DNA of 64,000 nt from Mustelus asterias (GCF_964213995.1 NC_135822.1:53010001-53074000), one strand, 5' to 3'. Positions 37,336 to 50,306 are shown, counted from the stretch's first letter. The notes: generated from the sequence alone by a model not told the origin. Numbers and translations are program-made.

Positions 37336-38520
37336 ATGTTAGTTCAGAGTTCATAATCGACGCATCTATTGAACAACACAGTGGAAACTCCATTGCTGGA
37401 TTTATGCAACTAAATTGTCATTACAGTGCAACAACGTTAATAAACAGAAGTTTCACAAGCGGAAGCAAATTGCGCAGCAAGTGACTGCTGTCAAGAGGGA
37501 AGCAGGTGTTATGGACAGAGAACGGTGCTCGAGAGTCAACCTGAACCCAAGACCAAACCGGAAAGCAAGAGCCGTGGTATACTAGATAAGTCCCGCCCTG
37601 CACTAATAGTATCCATAATTTATTATAGGTTTCTGAAGCACCTTCACCAACATGTTTCCTATTTCCAAAATGGTTAATATCTCAAATAAACACAATAAGA
37701 ATTCAAGTTCAAATAGTATCCAGAACTTACATTGAATCCTATTTTAGTTATTGTCACAAACGTTTTGCCCTATTTTCACCATCTGATTAACCATTGAAAA
37801 CGGTCTAGTTCTAGTTATCGTATCATCACTCTTCATAATCATGAAGACTTCTAGCTCATCGCGGGAGAACATTCCTTTCATCCTAATAAAGTACCAATTG
37901 TCCACTATTTACAGGAATTATATTCCAATCTTCTTAGTCAGAATTTAGTTAATCCAGGCTGAATTTTCGGATCTGGCATCGCCTTCCCGGTATCGCCGAA
38001 CTGTTAAACCAAAGAGATGACGGTGTATTTAATTTACCATCGATATCCTTAGCGCAGTAATAATGGATGTTGCGAACTGATCCTGGTGGTGGATGCTCAT
38101 GCCATGCTTAGGAATCCAGACGTCTGCGATAATGATTTAAGAGGAGTCCACATCCTAGAACAACCCAATGGGAATCTAAATTCAGTTCCTTCAGGACTTC
38201 TGTTATCAATTCTAGTATCAACAATGAGAACCATGAAACGACCAAACTGTTACAAACATCAACGTACATGCATCTCCTTTCGCGGAAGTACTCTGTCACA
38301 TTTATCCTGTTTGGCCTTCACTTGAAAGCAAACTGGTCAGACATGTGAAAAGAAAATGACTCTTAAATGCCCGAGTTATTTGCCAGCAATCCTCTCAGTT
38401 GCATTCAAGTAGACCAGTTTGCATTAGCTTCTCCAGAGTGATTAGTAAGAACCAATTAATTTTGGCCTCAGAAGCCCAAATCCCATGAACGAATAAAAGT
38501 AAAAGAAACAATCTCTACCG

Positions 38521-38878
38521 GGGAGGCAAAGGCCGAGTGGTACTTTCGCTGGACTATTAATCCAGAAACTCAGCTAATGTTCTGGGGACCTGGGTTCGAA
38601 TCCCCCACGGTGAATTGTGGAATCTGAATTCAATAAAAAATATCTGGAATTAAGAATCTACTGATGACCATGAAACCATTGCCGATTGTTGACAAAAACC
38701 CATCTGGTTCACTAACGTCCTTTACGGGAAATCTGCCGTTCTTACCAGGTCTGGCTTACATCTGACTCCAGAGCCACCGCAATGTGGTTGACTCTCAACT
38801 GCCCTCGTGCAAGCAGGGATGGGCAATAAATGCCGGCCAGTCAGCGACACCCATGTCCCACAAATTAATAAAAAAAAT
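38521..38878 (+). mobile_element. tRNA-derived SINE, second family
   Basis: GGCCGAGTGG A-box, GGTTCGAATCCC B-box, 3' tail shared with the LINE at 9690-10240, A-rich end. Confidence 0.8.
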
Positions 38879-39261
38879 CAATTGCGTCTACAACAAAAGG
38901 AGTCACAAGATGATGCAAATATCGAGCGGCAAAGATACTTAACACGAGAGGTCCAACGTCAGTCAAATTGCTGCACAATTTAATTGTCTACTACGTCACA
39001 AAGTGTTCTTGACTGAAATAGTTATTTCAAGTTTCGCTCAATATTATATGCATTCATCGTTTCTCTCCGGAATCTATTGGAAATCATGACTCTTCTCTCC
39101 ATAGACAGTGCGAAGCATAGGCATTACTGACCTCTTCAGGTGATCATCAAGGGAAAATAAATCCTTGGTACCTCTTGCAGAATTGACCTTAAGTACAGAA
39201 TGGTAATTTTTTCCACTAAGACAATCCATTCATTTCAAAAACCAACCGAATAAATCCTATG

Positions 39262-39462
39262 ATAAGACGTCTCACAACACCAAGTTAAAATCCAACAGGT
39301 TTATTTGGAATCACGAGCTTTCAGAGCACTGCTCCTTCAACACTCAACTGAGGAAGGAGCAGCGCTCCAAAAGCTCGTGATTCCAAATAAACCTGTTAGA
39401 GGTTAACCTGGTCTGATGAGACTTCTTACCGTGCCCATCCCTGTCCAACGCCGGCATCTCAA
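39262..39462. mobile_element. Inverted pair of Penelope terminal-repeat fragments
   Basis: About 39262-39339 is the reverse complement of about 39354-39430; both match 31596-31670, including decayed hammerhead cores. Confidence 0.8.
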
Positions 39463-39934
39463 TATAATAAATCATATGTGAATAATCTTCAATGAAAGTA
39501 TGCCCCTTCTTAAACAGACAGTAGTACTCTAGATTCATTCTCAGCTATATTCTGCGGGATCATTGTACAACTTCCTATTTTCACAGAAAATAAGTTGCTG
39601 TTGTCAATCTATGAATGTTTCTTTATTACGTGATATGAGGTAGACGATTCATAGAAAGCAAATGCTTTGGCAAAACAAACGATCCGGCTTCCATTCCATT
39701 GCCCTCAAGTTCACCAGGGGCCACGTCATAATCATGTTCTACTGACAAAATAGCATTTTCTGTCGCCCTGACAGCATTCTACTCGCAATAATGGGCGCTA
39801 TATGAGTATTATGCCATTTTTTGCTGGTAGATTATCAAAAATCAAATATTATCGTCCTCCACTTAAGCAAAACTGTGTCTTATTCTCTAAGTTCCATTGC
39901 ACTTTTAACCACCGTGTGGAGAGTTCTAAAACAA

Positions 39935-41412
39935 AGAGATCTATGGTACAGGTTGATAGCTCCTTGAAAGTGGAGTCACAGTTGGACAAGTTGGTGAGGA
40001 AGGCATTCGGTATGCTTGGTTTCATTGATCGTATTGTTGAACTTGTACACGACATTGGTAAAGCCACACATGGAATACTGTGTACAGTTCTGGTCCTTAG
40101 AGAAAGGATGATTTTAACCCAGAAAGAGTGCAGAAAGACATTACTAGGGTGCTACAGGGACTTGCTGGTTGAAGGTATAAGGAGAGGCTGATTAGACTGG
40201 GATTTTTTCCCCTACAGCGTACGAGACTTAGAAGTGATTTTCTAGAGGTCAATAAAATAATGAGGGCGTAGATGAGGTAGATAGTCAACATCATTTCCCA
40301 ACGGTAGGGGAGTCTAAAACTGGAGGGCATAGGTTTAAGGTGAGGGGGGAGAGATACAAAAGGGTCTAGAGGATCAATGTTTTCACTCAGAGGGATGTGA
40401 GTGTCTGGAACGAGTTGCCAGAGGTAGTAGTGGATGCGGGTACAACTTGTTTTTTAAAAAGCATTTACACAGTTAGGTGGGTGACATTGGTATAGAGGGA
40501 TGTGGGTGAAACGCGGGCAATTGGAATTAGCTTCATGATAAAAACTGGGTGGCATGGCAGGTTGGGACGAAGGGCCTGTTTCCATGCTATAAATCTCTAT
40601 GATCTCTATGACCTGTGTATGTCCCATCGCTCCGTTTGGAAGTTTAAGGTCCGATGTTGCGATGTTCTTTTCCTTTTTGAAGTTTAGGTTCGGCTGTTGT
40701 GACATTATGTTCCTTTTCAAAGTTTAAGATCTGACATTGTCTCGGACAAGCGGGTGTAATCTCAGAGTAAGGGGTCGCTCACTTAAGACAGAGATGAAGA
40801 GGAATTTCTCTCAGAGGGTAGTGAATCTATGGAATGCTTTATCACAGAGGGTCGTAGAGACGAGGCCATTAAGTATGTTCAAGGCTCAGATAAACAGATT
40901 TTAAATCAGTAAGGGCATCGAGGGTTATGGGGGTAAGGCCGGAAATTGGAAGCTGAGTATTACCACATCAGATCAATCATGATCTCATTGAATGGTGAAG
41001 CAGATCTATGAACCGAACGGCCTACTTCTGCTCCAAGTTGTGGTAACTTTTGAACTGCTGGGACCATCTCCACAGATAATAAACAAAGAACAAAGAACAA
41101 AGAAAATGACAGCACAGGAACAGGCCCTTCGGCCCTCCAACCGTGCACCAACCATGCTGCCCGAATTAGTTAAAACCCCCTACCCTTCCGGGTTGGGATA
41201 GCTCCTTGAAAGTGGAGTCACAGTTGGACAAGGGAATATCCCTCTATTCCCATCGTTTTCATGTACTTGTCAAGACGCCTCTGAAAAGTCACTACCGTAT
41301 CCGCTTCCACTACCTCCCCCGACAACGAATTCCAGGCACCCACTGTTCTCTGTGTAAAAGATCTGTTTCGTACATCTCCTTTAAACCTTACCCCTCGCAC
41401 CTTAAACCTATG
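39935..41412. mobile_element. Cluster of CR1-type LINE 3' fragments (+ 39935-40615, + 40745-41060, - 41082-41412)
   Basis: SLKVESQLDKLVRKAFGMLGFI and FTQRTVGAWNSL motifs with CR1 tails. Confidence 0.82.
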
Positions 41413-42995
41413 CAGATAATGAAATATGTTTTGAAGTCTATTCGTAACAGTAGTTTAGGAAACACAAAAGCCAAAAGCTCCCACAAAGGACATGATAAAG
41501 CCAGACCATCAATCCAAGTGAGCATTTAGTACATATTCTCGCTGGCACCCGAACTGAATGCTTTTACTCTTCCTCGAAATCACGGCCATGATCTATTTTC
41601 GGTCTGCAGTTGGAACCTTGGTTTATCATCTCAGCCACAAGAAAGTTCATGAGTCCTACCTCTTCCCATGGTGCAATATGTCCTCCGTACTGCGCTTGGA
41701 ACGTCAGCTTTGATTGTGTGCTCAAGTCTCTGCGGTAATGTGTGAACCCACATATCTCGGTCTCAGATGTGAGGTGCGACCCACTGAACCACTACGGGTA
41801 GAGAAAGACATATCAGAGGAAGTGATCAGTTATATACGGTTTTTTTGATGTTCTCTCACATTCGCATTATGAATGCTATAGCACCCTTTGACAACGTCTA
41901 ATCAAGAAACCAACAGTCGGAAACCAGTTTTTCGCCTGTGGTATCAGAGGATAATGAGGTTTTAGTCGGAATCATTTGAATGAGGGCAGGTATTCTCCTC
42001 GTTTCTGCATCTTCGGCGCGCTGACGCTTATCTCTTCAATTACTCGTAGGAGGTTTCCATTTGCAATTGTCTAAGATGCGTCTTGATCAAAAGTCTCTGA
42101 TACCCATTTAATCATCGGCTTCAGCAACATGTGCTCTTCAACCTTGTTGCCTTTGTTAGTAATAGTCACGAATGAGGCTCAGTGCTTCACCATGCCGAGA
42201 ACTTTATCAAAGCTCTGATATTCTCTTCAACTGACATTCTCCATTCACATCTCAAACCACATTTCACAACTTTTAGTCTTTGGACGTCGCTTTTCTCAAA
42301 CTGCACATTTTAACCCGTTCTTCAATAGAACCGAGGTTTTCCGACCCCATCGTGCCGGGACCCACTGCGGAGATTTGGCGGCCCAGCCACATTCCATCGA
42401 CTTCCGGCGTGAGCGGCAAATGCCAGCGACAGCCGGAAAATCACGATTGCATTGACCATTCCTTTTAGCCCCGTTCATCAAAACACTGCGAACAAAACTA
42501 TTGATAATTCATTCTTAACATCTCTACTCATTGATATGCTGAGCAAATGTTTGGAGAATGCATTATTTGTCGTTGCTGTTGCAGCTCCGATTTGTTTATG
42601 CAAGTCACTTTCTTCAGATAAGATGCTTCTGAGATGCTTAAATTGTCATATCATTTATCGTGACCTCCACTATCCAGAATTTATATATTCAAAACTTCAG
42701 ACGTTTGTACTTCATTTTAATTTCATTCCATTAGCTTTGACCACTTAATTCAATTACATCCGTTAGTATTTGTGGATCATCTGCTCAGCCTGCCACAATG
42801 GCCTGATTCCTATAAAATTCAGTGTCTTCAACAAACGTCCTCTTTCTTGAATATTTTATAAACTTCCAAAAGGCACTTGATGAAGCAAATTGTGACGCCA
42901 TAACAATTGGAAAGTGGGGCCATTGTAAATTACGTTGGCAGAATGAAAGGGCAGAGGAAGAGGTCGCGAACAAATCAAATCAGAAAACGTTGAAA

Positions 42996-43375
42996 ACTAT
43001 AAGACCATAAGACCATAAGACATAGGAGCGGAAGTAAGGCCATTCGGCCCATCGAGTCCACTCCACCATTCAATCATGGTTGATTTCAACTCCATTTACC
43101 CGCTCTCTCCCCATAGCCCTTAATTCCTCGAGAAATCAAGAATTTATCAATTTCTGTCTTGAAGACGCTCAACGTCTCGGCCTCCACAGCCCTCTGTGGC
43201 AATGAATTCCACAGACCCACCACTCTCTGGCTGAAGAAATTTCTCCTCATCTCTGTTCTAAAGTGACTCCCTTTTATTCTAAGGCTGTGCCCCCGCGTCC
43301 TAGTCTTCCCTGTTAATGGAAACAACTTCCCTACGTCCATCCTATCTAAGCCGTTCATTATCTAAGCCGTTCATA
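42996..43375 (-). mobile_element. CR1-type LINE 3' fragment, young
   Basis: Minus-strand KLFPL...FFSQRVVGLWNSLPQ; (ATAAGACC)n tail. Confidence 0.87.
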
Positions 43376-44624
43376 ACTCTCAGCAACTCAGGAGTTTTCT
43401 TTGGAGAGAGAAAAGGGATTTAACACATTTCAAATAATCCGACCTTTCGTCAGAACCTTGAATTTGACCTCAAATCTTAGCCATGCTTCTCTCTCGCCGC
43501 GGATGCCATCTGATCTGTTAAATATTCCCAGCATTTTCTACTTTTAATTTCAAATTTCCCGCATCTACTGTGTTTTGCTTTTGTTGTTCTGTGGCAGAAG
43601 GTGTTGGAAACCGCCATCTCACCACACATTTATTCATTGCCCTATGTTCTGTGCTATTTGTTTACAGTTAACCGCAAGAGTCATTGCCATCGTTTAGACA
43701 ACATCCCCTGCCCCTTATTTTATTTGTTTCGACCTTTCTTGTTGCAAACGCGGAAAGCAGCACTGATATAATCCTCGCAGAGCTAATCTCAAGTGTTATT
43801 CATGTGCACATGTCTACTAGGACTCCCATTCACAGATCCATATGAGAATTAATTGCATAGCAGAAACACATATTGATATAGCTGTTTCAAACTACATAAT
43901 CAAAACGTCGCAAGGAGCGCAATTCAGCCCATGTTTGGAGTAACATGAAGAAATATTCAGGACCGGTGATCCGAATCTTGGTGGAATTTGAGTGGCATCT
44001 TTATGAAGGGTTGCAAGATGGAGAGTTTTACAGAAGGTATTTCAGAACTCAGGCTGGGAAATGCAAAGGTCAGAAATTGAGAAGCTACAAGTACTATTGA
44101 AATAATAGCCCCACGTACAGTCATGATTCGCACATGCGCCTAATCTCTCGAACTGGCCAAGGCTCGATTAAATGCCAAATAAACTGGAAAAAAAAACTCA
44201 GTTGTTTCTTTATTCGTGCATAGTATATAGATTTTGCTGGCTGAGCCATCATTTAGTACGAAATCCTAATTGCCCTAGACAAGGTGGGGTTGAACCACTA
44301 CTGGCCAAGTCGTGTAGGTACACTCACCGTGCTCTCCAGGAAGAATGTCTCGGCTTTTGAGACAGTGACAGTAACGAACGACGATGCATTTCCAAGTCAG
44401 AATGGTGAGTGACTTACGCTTCTTGATTTGTGGATTTCTAACAGGACAACTTATCTGTAAACATCGTGCAACCGACCAACATCAATCCATTGCCAGGTTT
44501 CACCTCTTTAGAAATCTATCCATTGGATTAGTGTCTGCGGCTCAGTTGGTAGTTCTATCGCCACTTGATCAAATGTTGCTAGGTCCAGTGTCCACTGCAG
44601 GGACTTCAACTTAAAGCCATGTTG

Positions 44625-44670
44625 ATATATGAGTGAGATATATGATTCGACATGTATCTCACTCATATAT
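44625..44670. repeat. Near-perfect hairpin, 20-bp arms, 6-nt loop
   Basis: ATATATGAGTGAGATATATG-ATTCGA-CATGTATCTCACTCATATAT. Confidence 0.85.
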
Positions 44671-46710
44671 GAGATGGATCTCCTCGCTATTGAATGGACA
44701 GCACTGAATGAGCGCTGAACTTTTTGAGGTGTTGTTCAGAGGGAAAGATTCACTGTCGAAGGGTCAGTGCTGAGGGAGAGCTGCACGTCCGACGGACAGC
44801 TTAGTGGGGTTCTGCTTTATCGATGTTGTTTTCTTTCTGACAACACGGTAAAACAAGGGCGACTCTGGCTCATCTGCTGGGACATAATGTATCCCATGCA
44901 CATATTGGAAGCATTTATTGCAAATAGTTTAAGAAGTAGAGTTCTGTCAGGTGCCCTGAACAAATTGCATAGAAACTGACTCTCCGATTGGTCCTTCCCC
45001 TCCCTATTCAACATTCCCCTCCTCCACGCCGCCCTCACAGCTTTTTCCACATTTCCCTTAAAACACTTTTACGTTCTTCATCCCAATCCTCTCTTGTCGA
45101 ACATTCTTACCAGTCTTGATTACAAAACGTTTCTCATGATTTCCTAGTTGGAATTATCCATGATGATATTATACATTAAAATTGGGACTGGAAACTTTAA
45201 CTCTGTTTCTCTCCCGACAGATGCTACCAGACCTGCTGTGTTTTTCAAGAATCTTCTGGTCTTGTTTTATAGTCTAGCATCTGGAATTGCTGATATTTGG
45301 AGTCCTGTATCCCATACATAGAACCATCTTCTGTATATCTATCTGATTGGAAAGCTGCATAATTTTGAACAATTCTGTTAGTTACTATCAACAATTTGTT
45401 TCCCGAGAATAAGCCCCAGATTGATCTTTGTGCCGGGATAGGTAAAATATCTCCGTTTCAAATTTTCAGCAAATTCTCCTTGCCGCCACATCCCTTTTGT
45501 AAACTTGATTCCATCATTGTACACATTATTCCAAATGTCGATCCCCTAGAAGAGTTTTACCATAATGTTCCTGGGTCGATTTTTGCCCGAGGAACATTTG
45601 TAAGTAACAATAGATTCATACTTTGTGCTATGATTTCAAAAGAGCAAAGGGACACGCACTTACTTTACTGACTTCACAATTGCATTCATTGCAAATAGTT
45701 TGGTTCCATTTCTTCATTCAATGCCTTCAGTTTCTGCTGGATACTTCTTGCAACCGATGCAAACAGGAGCCTCGTCCGACGTTTAGCGTACATTAAGCAG
45801 GTAAAGAATAAAACAATATGGTTCATCTCAGCATCGGTTATTTTAGGGGCAGGTGCGCTGTGACGCGGGACTGTTTGAAGAGAGAAGCACAGAAATGCGA
45901 ACAACACCACACATCAAAATGACAGCTGGGCTGGAATAGAACTATGAGTGACGGAGAGTGCATGAGTTGCTGAATAAACGACCTGTGTCTGTTTTGGAGA
46001 AGGTGACTGGTAGTTCCTGTGATCCAGCACGTTATAGATATTATGACTATAATCCGGGAGGGTACAAGCAGAGGACAGAAGAATGATGGGGGAAGGTCAG
46101 CTGAATGGTGGAATAAAAGGAAGTAAATAAGTCAGTAATGTTATTGGAAGTGAATGGCGGCAGGCTTAATGGTTGGATGGCTTCTTCCTGCTCCCATGTA
46201 ACAGGTCAAGGGATGAATGACTGCCTAAACCTGTCCAATTGGGTCAAAGTCTCAATGACAACCATCTACCTATTCAACAACCGGGATTGATGCAATATCC
46301 TGCCTCCGTTCTTCTTCAAAAAGCTAAAGACAGGCTGAGTCACTCCCCCACCCCCCCCCCCACCCAACCCCTGCCCCCCCCCCCCCCAACCTCCCCCGTT
46401 CCTGTGTAACAAGTGCAAGGCGTGACTAGGCTTTGCTCTTCCTGTGTAACAAATTGGATGAGCTGAAAGACCTCTTCTAATTCCATTGTACAAGGTTTAA
46501 TTGACCTTAATGGGTCTCCTTCTATTCCAACCTAACTGGCACATAACGGTGAATAGTCTCCTCCTGCTCCTATCCAAAATGCGTCAGCGGATGAATAGCC
46601 ACCAGTCATTCCTATGCAAGAAAGTGTGAAGTGCTGAATAGCATTCAACCACTTTCCAAAGATCTTTGCAGTTTTCGACATCTCAATCTCAACTCACACT
46701 ACGAGACGAA

Positions 46711-46757
46711 GAGGCGGGGCCTTACACAGCTCGAGCTCTTTTTGCATGAGTATAAAT
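46711..46757 (+). promoter_or_regulatory. Candidate germline D-beta promoter (GC box plus TATA inside the 12-RSS spacer)
   Basis: GAGGCGGGGC at 46711-46720 and TATAAAT at 46751-46757. Confidence 0.6.
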
Positions 46758-46764
46758 TACAGTG
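46737..46764 (+). other. 5' 12-RSS of D-beta
   Basis: TCTTTTTGC + 12 bp + TACAGTG. Confidence 0.9.
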
Positions 46765-46777
46765 GGGACAGGGGGGG
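46765..46777 (+). CDS. TRBD: TCR beta D segment GGGACAGGGGGGG
   Basis: Matches the vertebrate-conserved TRBD1 core GGGACAGGGGG; open in all three frames; flanked by 12- and 23-RSS. Confidence 0.95.
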
Positions 46778-46816
46778 CACAGTGATAAAATGCAATGCAG
46801 TCTCCGTACAGAAACC
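46778..46816 (+). other. 3' 23-RSS of D-beta
   Basis: CACAGTG + 23 bp + ACAGAAACC. Confidence 0.95.
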
Positions 46817-47226
46817 TCGATGTGCACGCCTATTGCCAGATCAGCGGAAGATCAGTGACAGTGGAGTGAAAGCGTCGACATCTCACGGTGATAATGATAG
46901 GAGCATCGTAAAGGGCTTCCCAATTGTCCGCCTAGTACATGTTTATTTAAAATGAATCGTTTTGTGTCATTTGTGGAAATTCAAGACACTCTTCATCCTC
47001 AGACCTCTTCAGTGTCCTGATCAACATTAATCGCTCAACTAGCATAGGAATGACCTGATCAAATACATTACTGTTGGTTAATGTGATTTCTTGGTGAAGT
47101 CATCTCCTGATCACTTTCTAAAATATATTTCATTGTCTTCAAAATGCTTTTGGATTCCGCGTGCATTGATCAGCGTTGCACTATTACCTAACAGGCCATG
47201 TTGATGTAAACCGACCTGCTGATGTG

Positions 47227-47274
47227 CTACAGCAACGACATTTTTCGGGGACGGCACCAAACTGACGGTATTAG
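47227..47274 (+). CDS. TRBJ: J-beta 1: TATTFFGDGTKLTVL
   Basis: FGXG motif, GTAAGA donor, 12-RSS TGTTGATGT-12-TGATGTG. Confidence 0.92.
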
Positions 47275-47767
47275 GTAAGAAATTTGACTTATTTCTCTCT
47301 CTAAATGCACGGCGGCCTCCATTCCAGGCTCCGAGGGACGGAACTCAGTATCCCCGCTTATTTAGAAAGAGACGGAAGCTGTTCCATTCCCCAGCAACAA
47401 TAAGCCTCTCTATGCAAAATCAATATACTTGAAGACGGTTGCATCGATTTGGTTCAAACAGAAATGGTAAAGCGGCCATACTCTGAATACAGACACGACC
47501 TGTAACTAATTGCTAATTGCACCTTTAAGGGATGCTGTAGAATTAGTAGATTAAAATTTTGTCCACAGAGATCAGATTGCAGGACGAGGTAAAATCCACA
47601 GATTAAAAGTAAAATATATAGGACAGTACAGCTTTCATACATTAACATGTACTCGTCTAGGCTAGAATGGAATCCATGTAGTTTAACGCAATCATGCAGA
47701 TTGCATATTGGCAGAATAGAAAGCAATACCGTTTTGAGGCTTTTTGAGAGGATGGGGTGTCACCGTG

Positions 47768-47815
47768 CGACAGATGTGAATTATTTTGGGCAAGGAACGA
47801 AATTATCAGTTTTGG
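47768..47815 (+). CDS. TRBJ: J-beta 2: TDVNYFGQGTKLSVL
   Basis: FGXG motif, GTGAGT donor, heptamer CACCGTG with a GCTTTTTGA-like nonamer. Confidence 0.93.
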
Positions 47816-48006
47816 GTGAGTCGAATGTCTCTCTTACTTATCGTTAACCTTCCAAGCGGTAATGAATAAGATGTTTAATTTTACAAACCATGCGGCACGA
47901 ATCATGTGCACCTGCCTCGTGAATGTTTGTCTCTAAAAGCAAACTCTCTCAGTAGGGAAGGGACAGTTCAGGGATCTGTTCATGATTTACAATTAAGCAT
48001 GGTGTG

Positions 48007-48052
48007 GGGAATGTGGTTTGCTTCGGCGACGGGACAAAGTTAACAGTTTTGG
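48007..48052 (+). CDS. TRBJ: J-beta 3: GNVVCFGDGTKLTVL (weak donor and RSS; ORF or pseudogene)
   Basis: FGXG motif; non-consensus donor GTCAAG; heptamer TGGTGTG with a poor nonamer. Confidence 0.8.
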
Positions 48053-48621
48053 GTCAAGTGTTCTACCTCTTGACTAATATATATGTAGAGATGCATTTTA
48101 AAAAATTCACGACGGCCTGTGTTCAGATTTTGGATATATAAAGACGAGCACTGGTTACGTGGGCGGGGTTTTCATTCCCATGAATACAGAACATGAAATG
48201 TTTATATAATCGAGGCGTTCAAGATGACTAAACGAATTGGTAGAGTAGATTGAGGGAAAAGCTGTGGGCAGCCCGGAATATTTTAGGTTAGAACCAGACC
48301 GTTCAGGTTTGACGTCAGAAAGCTCCCATTGTCTCAAGAGGTAGTGGAATCAGGTAATTACTTCCCAAAAACCTATTGAGGATTTGAAAATTCTAAGCTC
48401 CCAAAAGATAGGTGGAGATAAGCAATAGTACCTAAGGTGACTAAACCAACATCTGGATGATGGGGTTAAGACACATTAATGATGTGACAGGCTCAAATGG
48501 CTGCCTCCGATCCTCTTGTTCCTACGTTTCTTAATGGTTATTAACATGGCAGAAGTTCCAATGAAACTGAGCTCATAACCCAGAGTTGAAGGCGATTTTG
48601 CTACAGCTCTGTACCTCTGTG

Positions 48622-48671
48622 TTCTGCTTATGAAGCTCATTTCGGAAGTGGGACAAAACTAGTCGTTTTAG
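48622..48671 (+). CDS. TRBJ: J-beta 4: SAYEAHFGSGTKLVVL
   Basis: FGXG motif, GTAAGT donor, heptamer CTCTGTG. Confidence 0.93.
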
Positions 48672-50128
48672 GTAAGTGAATACAGTCCTAATACTGGAGA
48701 AAGTTGATTCAATTTACGAATCCATGCGGGTAGTGGAGGAAGTAAAGAAATCGGAATTTGGTGAATTAATTTCAACTTTACAGTTTACTATGGCAGACTG
48801 GTTGCTTTTGAACTCGTTTCACTGTGGAAAATTAGCTATAGAGTCAATATCAGGCAGAATCCCTCAAATAAACAGAACGAGCAGCAATGTCGATGCAAAC
48901 AAAACGATATTGTCACTGAGAGCCGAACAGTAAACAGAGGACACATCAATCAGACTAAAATGTCAGACTCAATTGTTCATTGCTCTGTTCTAGCTGTGTA
49001 ATATAAAGAATAGATTAGAGGCATTAGATATAATTAACAAATTAACAAGGATGGAGGATAAACTGAATGGTTATAATTGTCAGGAGAGATTGAAGCAGCT
49101 GCAGCTGAGGGGTGACCTGATGAAGATTCGGATTATGGAAAGTGCTTCCAGAAGTTAGATCTAGAGACGAGCTTCCTCTCGAGTGGATCAGAAGTAGGAT
49201 AGAAGAAATCAATAGAAGAAAATCACTAATAAATCCAGTCATGAATTCTGGATTAACATCTTTCTCTAGAGAGTGGTGACAATTCTCTGACACAGGGCTA
49301 ATGTGTTTTTGAAGGTGAGGCTGCATAAAGACATGAAGGAGAATGTAATCGAACCTGGTGGAAATTTAACGTTATTCCACGCAGTCCTCGTTGATCGGTA
49401 ACAATAATGAATTCATGCATTCCAGACACCAGGTACTTTAAAATTGCTAATCAAATTCAATCGTGCTGTTGAGATATTTTAAATGTGCACAATTGGCAGA
49501 ATAAAAATTTCTCTTTGAGCCTTTGATACCGGAAATCAAAGAGTTACATCTTTTCGGAGAGGCTCCAAAAACTATGTTTGCATTTTATTAAGTTTGCAGT
49601 TAATTAATGGTTAAGAGGTGTTCAAATTGATCTGTATCGATTGTTAAATGATTCAGTTGTCTAACTCGCACGAAACTCGTCGCAATGATGTGGCGAGTGC
49701 TCACAATGGGGCTGAACCCCTATAAATAGAGCCAGACGGTGCATGAACGATGTTAGAAAGGATTTTCTTTACATAAAGTCTTGGGGAATTCTTAAAATGT
49801 CTCCCCCAGAAAGTTGTTAAGACTGGCGGGATGAAGGGAAGGGAATGGAACTGAGGTAGGGGGATTCTCAGTTGAAAATTTCAAATGCCTGATTTACTGA
49901 TTCCTGGATAAGCCATGATCTAATTTAATATCAGAACAAGCTCAGTCAGATATATGGCTTCATACTGTTCCTCTGAGGCCACGTTCCATTATTCTTATGT
50001 TTTTATATTTTTATGTTTTCATTTTCCTTTGGCCCGACATTCCTCCGTTTTCCATTCTTAAGTATAATGCTCTCGGGGCACAAATCATAGGTTGCTTAGA
50101 TGATTTAGAACAGGCATTAACCTTTGTG

Positions 50129-50178
50129 CTCTGGTAGCACCTACTATTTCGGAGCTGGGACAAAAGTAACTGTTTTAG
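50129..50178 (+). CDS. TRBJ: J-beta 5: SGSTYYFGAGTKVTVL
   Basis: FGXG motif, GTAAGT donor, heptamer CTTTGTG. Confidence 0.93.
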
Positions 50179-50306
50179 GTAAGTGTATGTTTAGATAAAC
50201 ATACATTTCTATGCATTGTTTTCTGTACCTGTCAAAAGTTATTAATCTGCATGTCTATATATCTGACCATCACTGATGTGTTTTAGTACTGTTGTTTGGT
50301 ATAGTG

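Noticed and set aside
46857-46922. GACAGTG...CACGGTG pair just downstream of D
   Set aside because: No nonamer on either side; probably cryptic heptamers.
49540-49580. TTCGGAGAGGCTCCAAA J-like stretch
   Set aside because: No FGXG in frame, no RSS, no donor.
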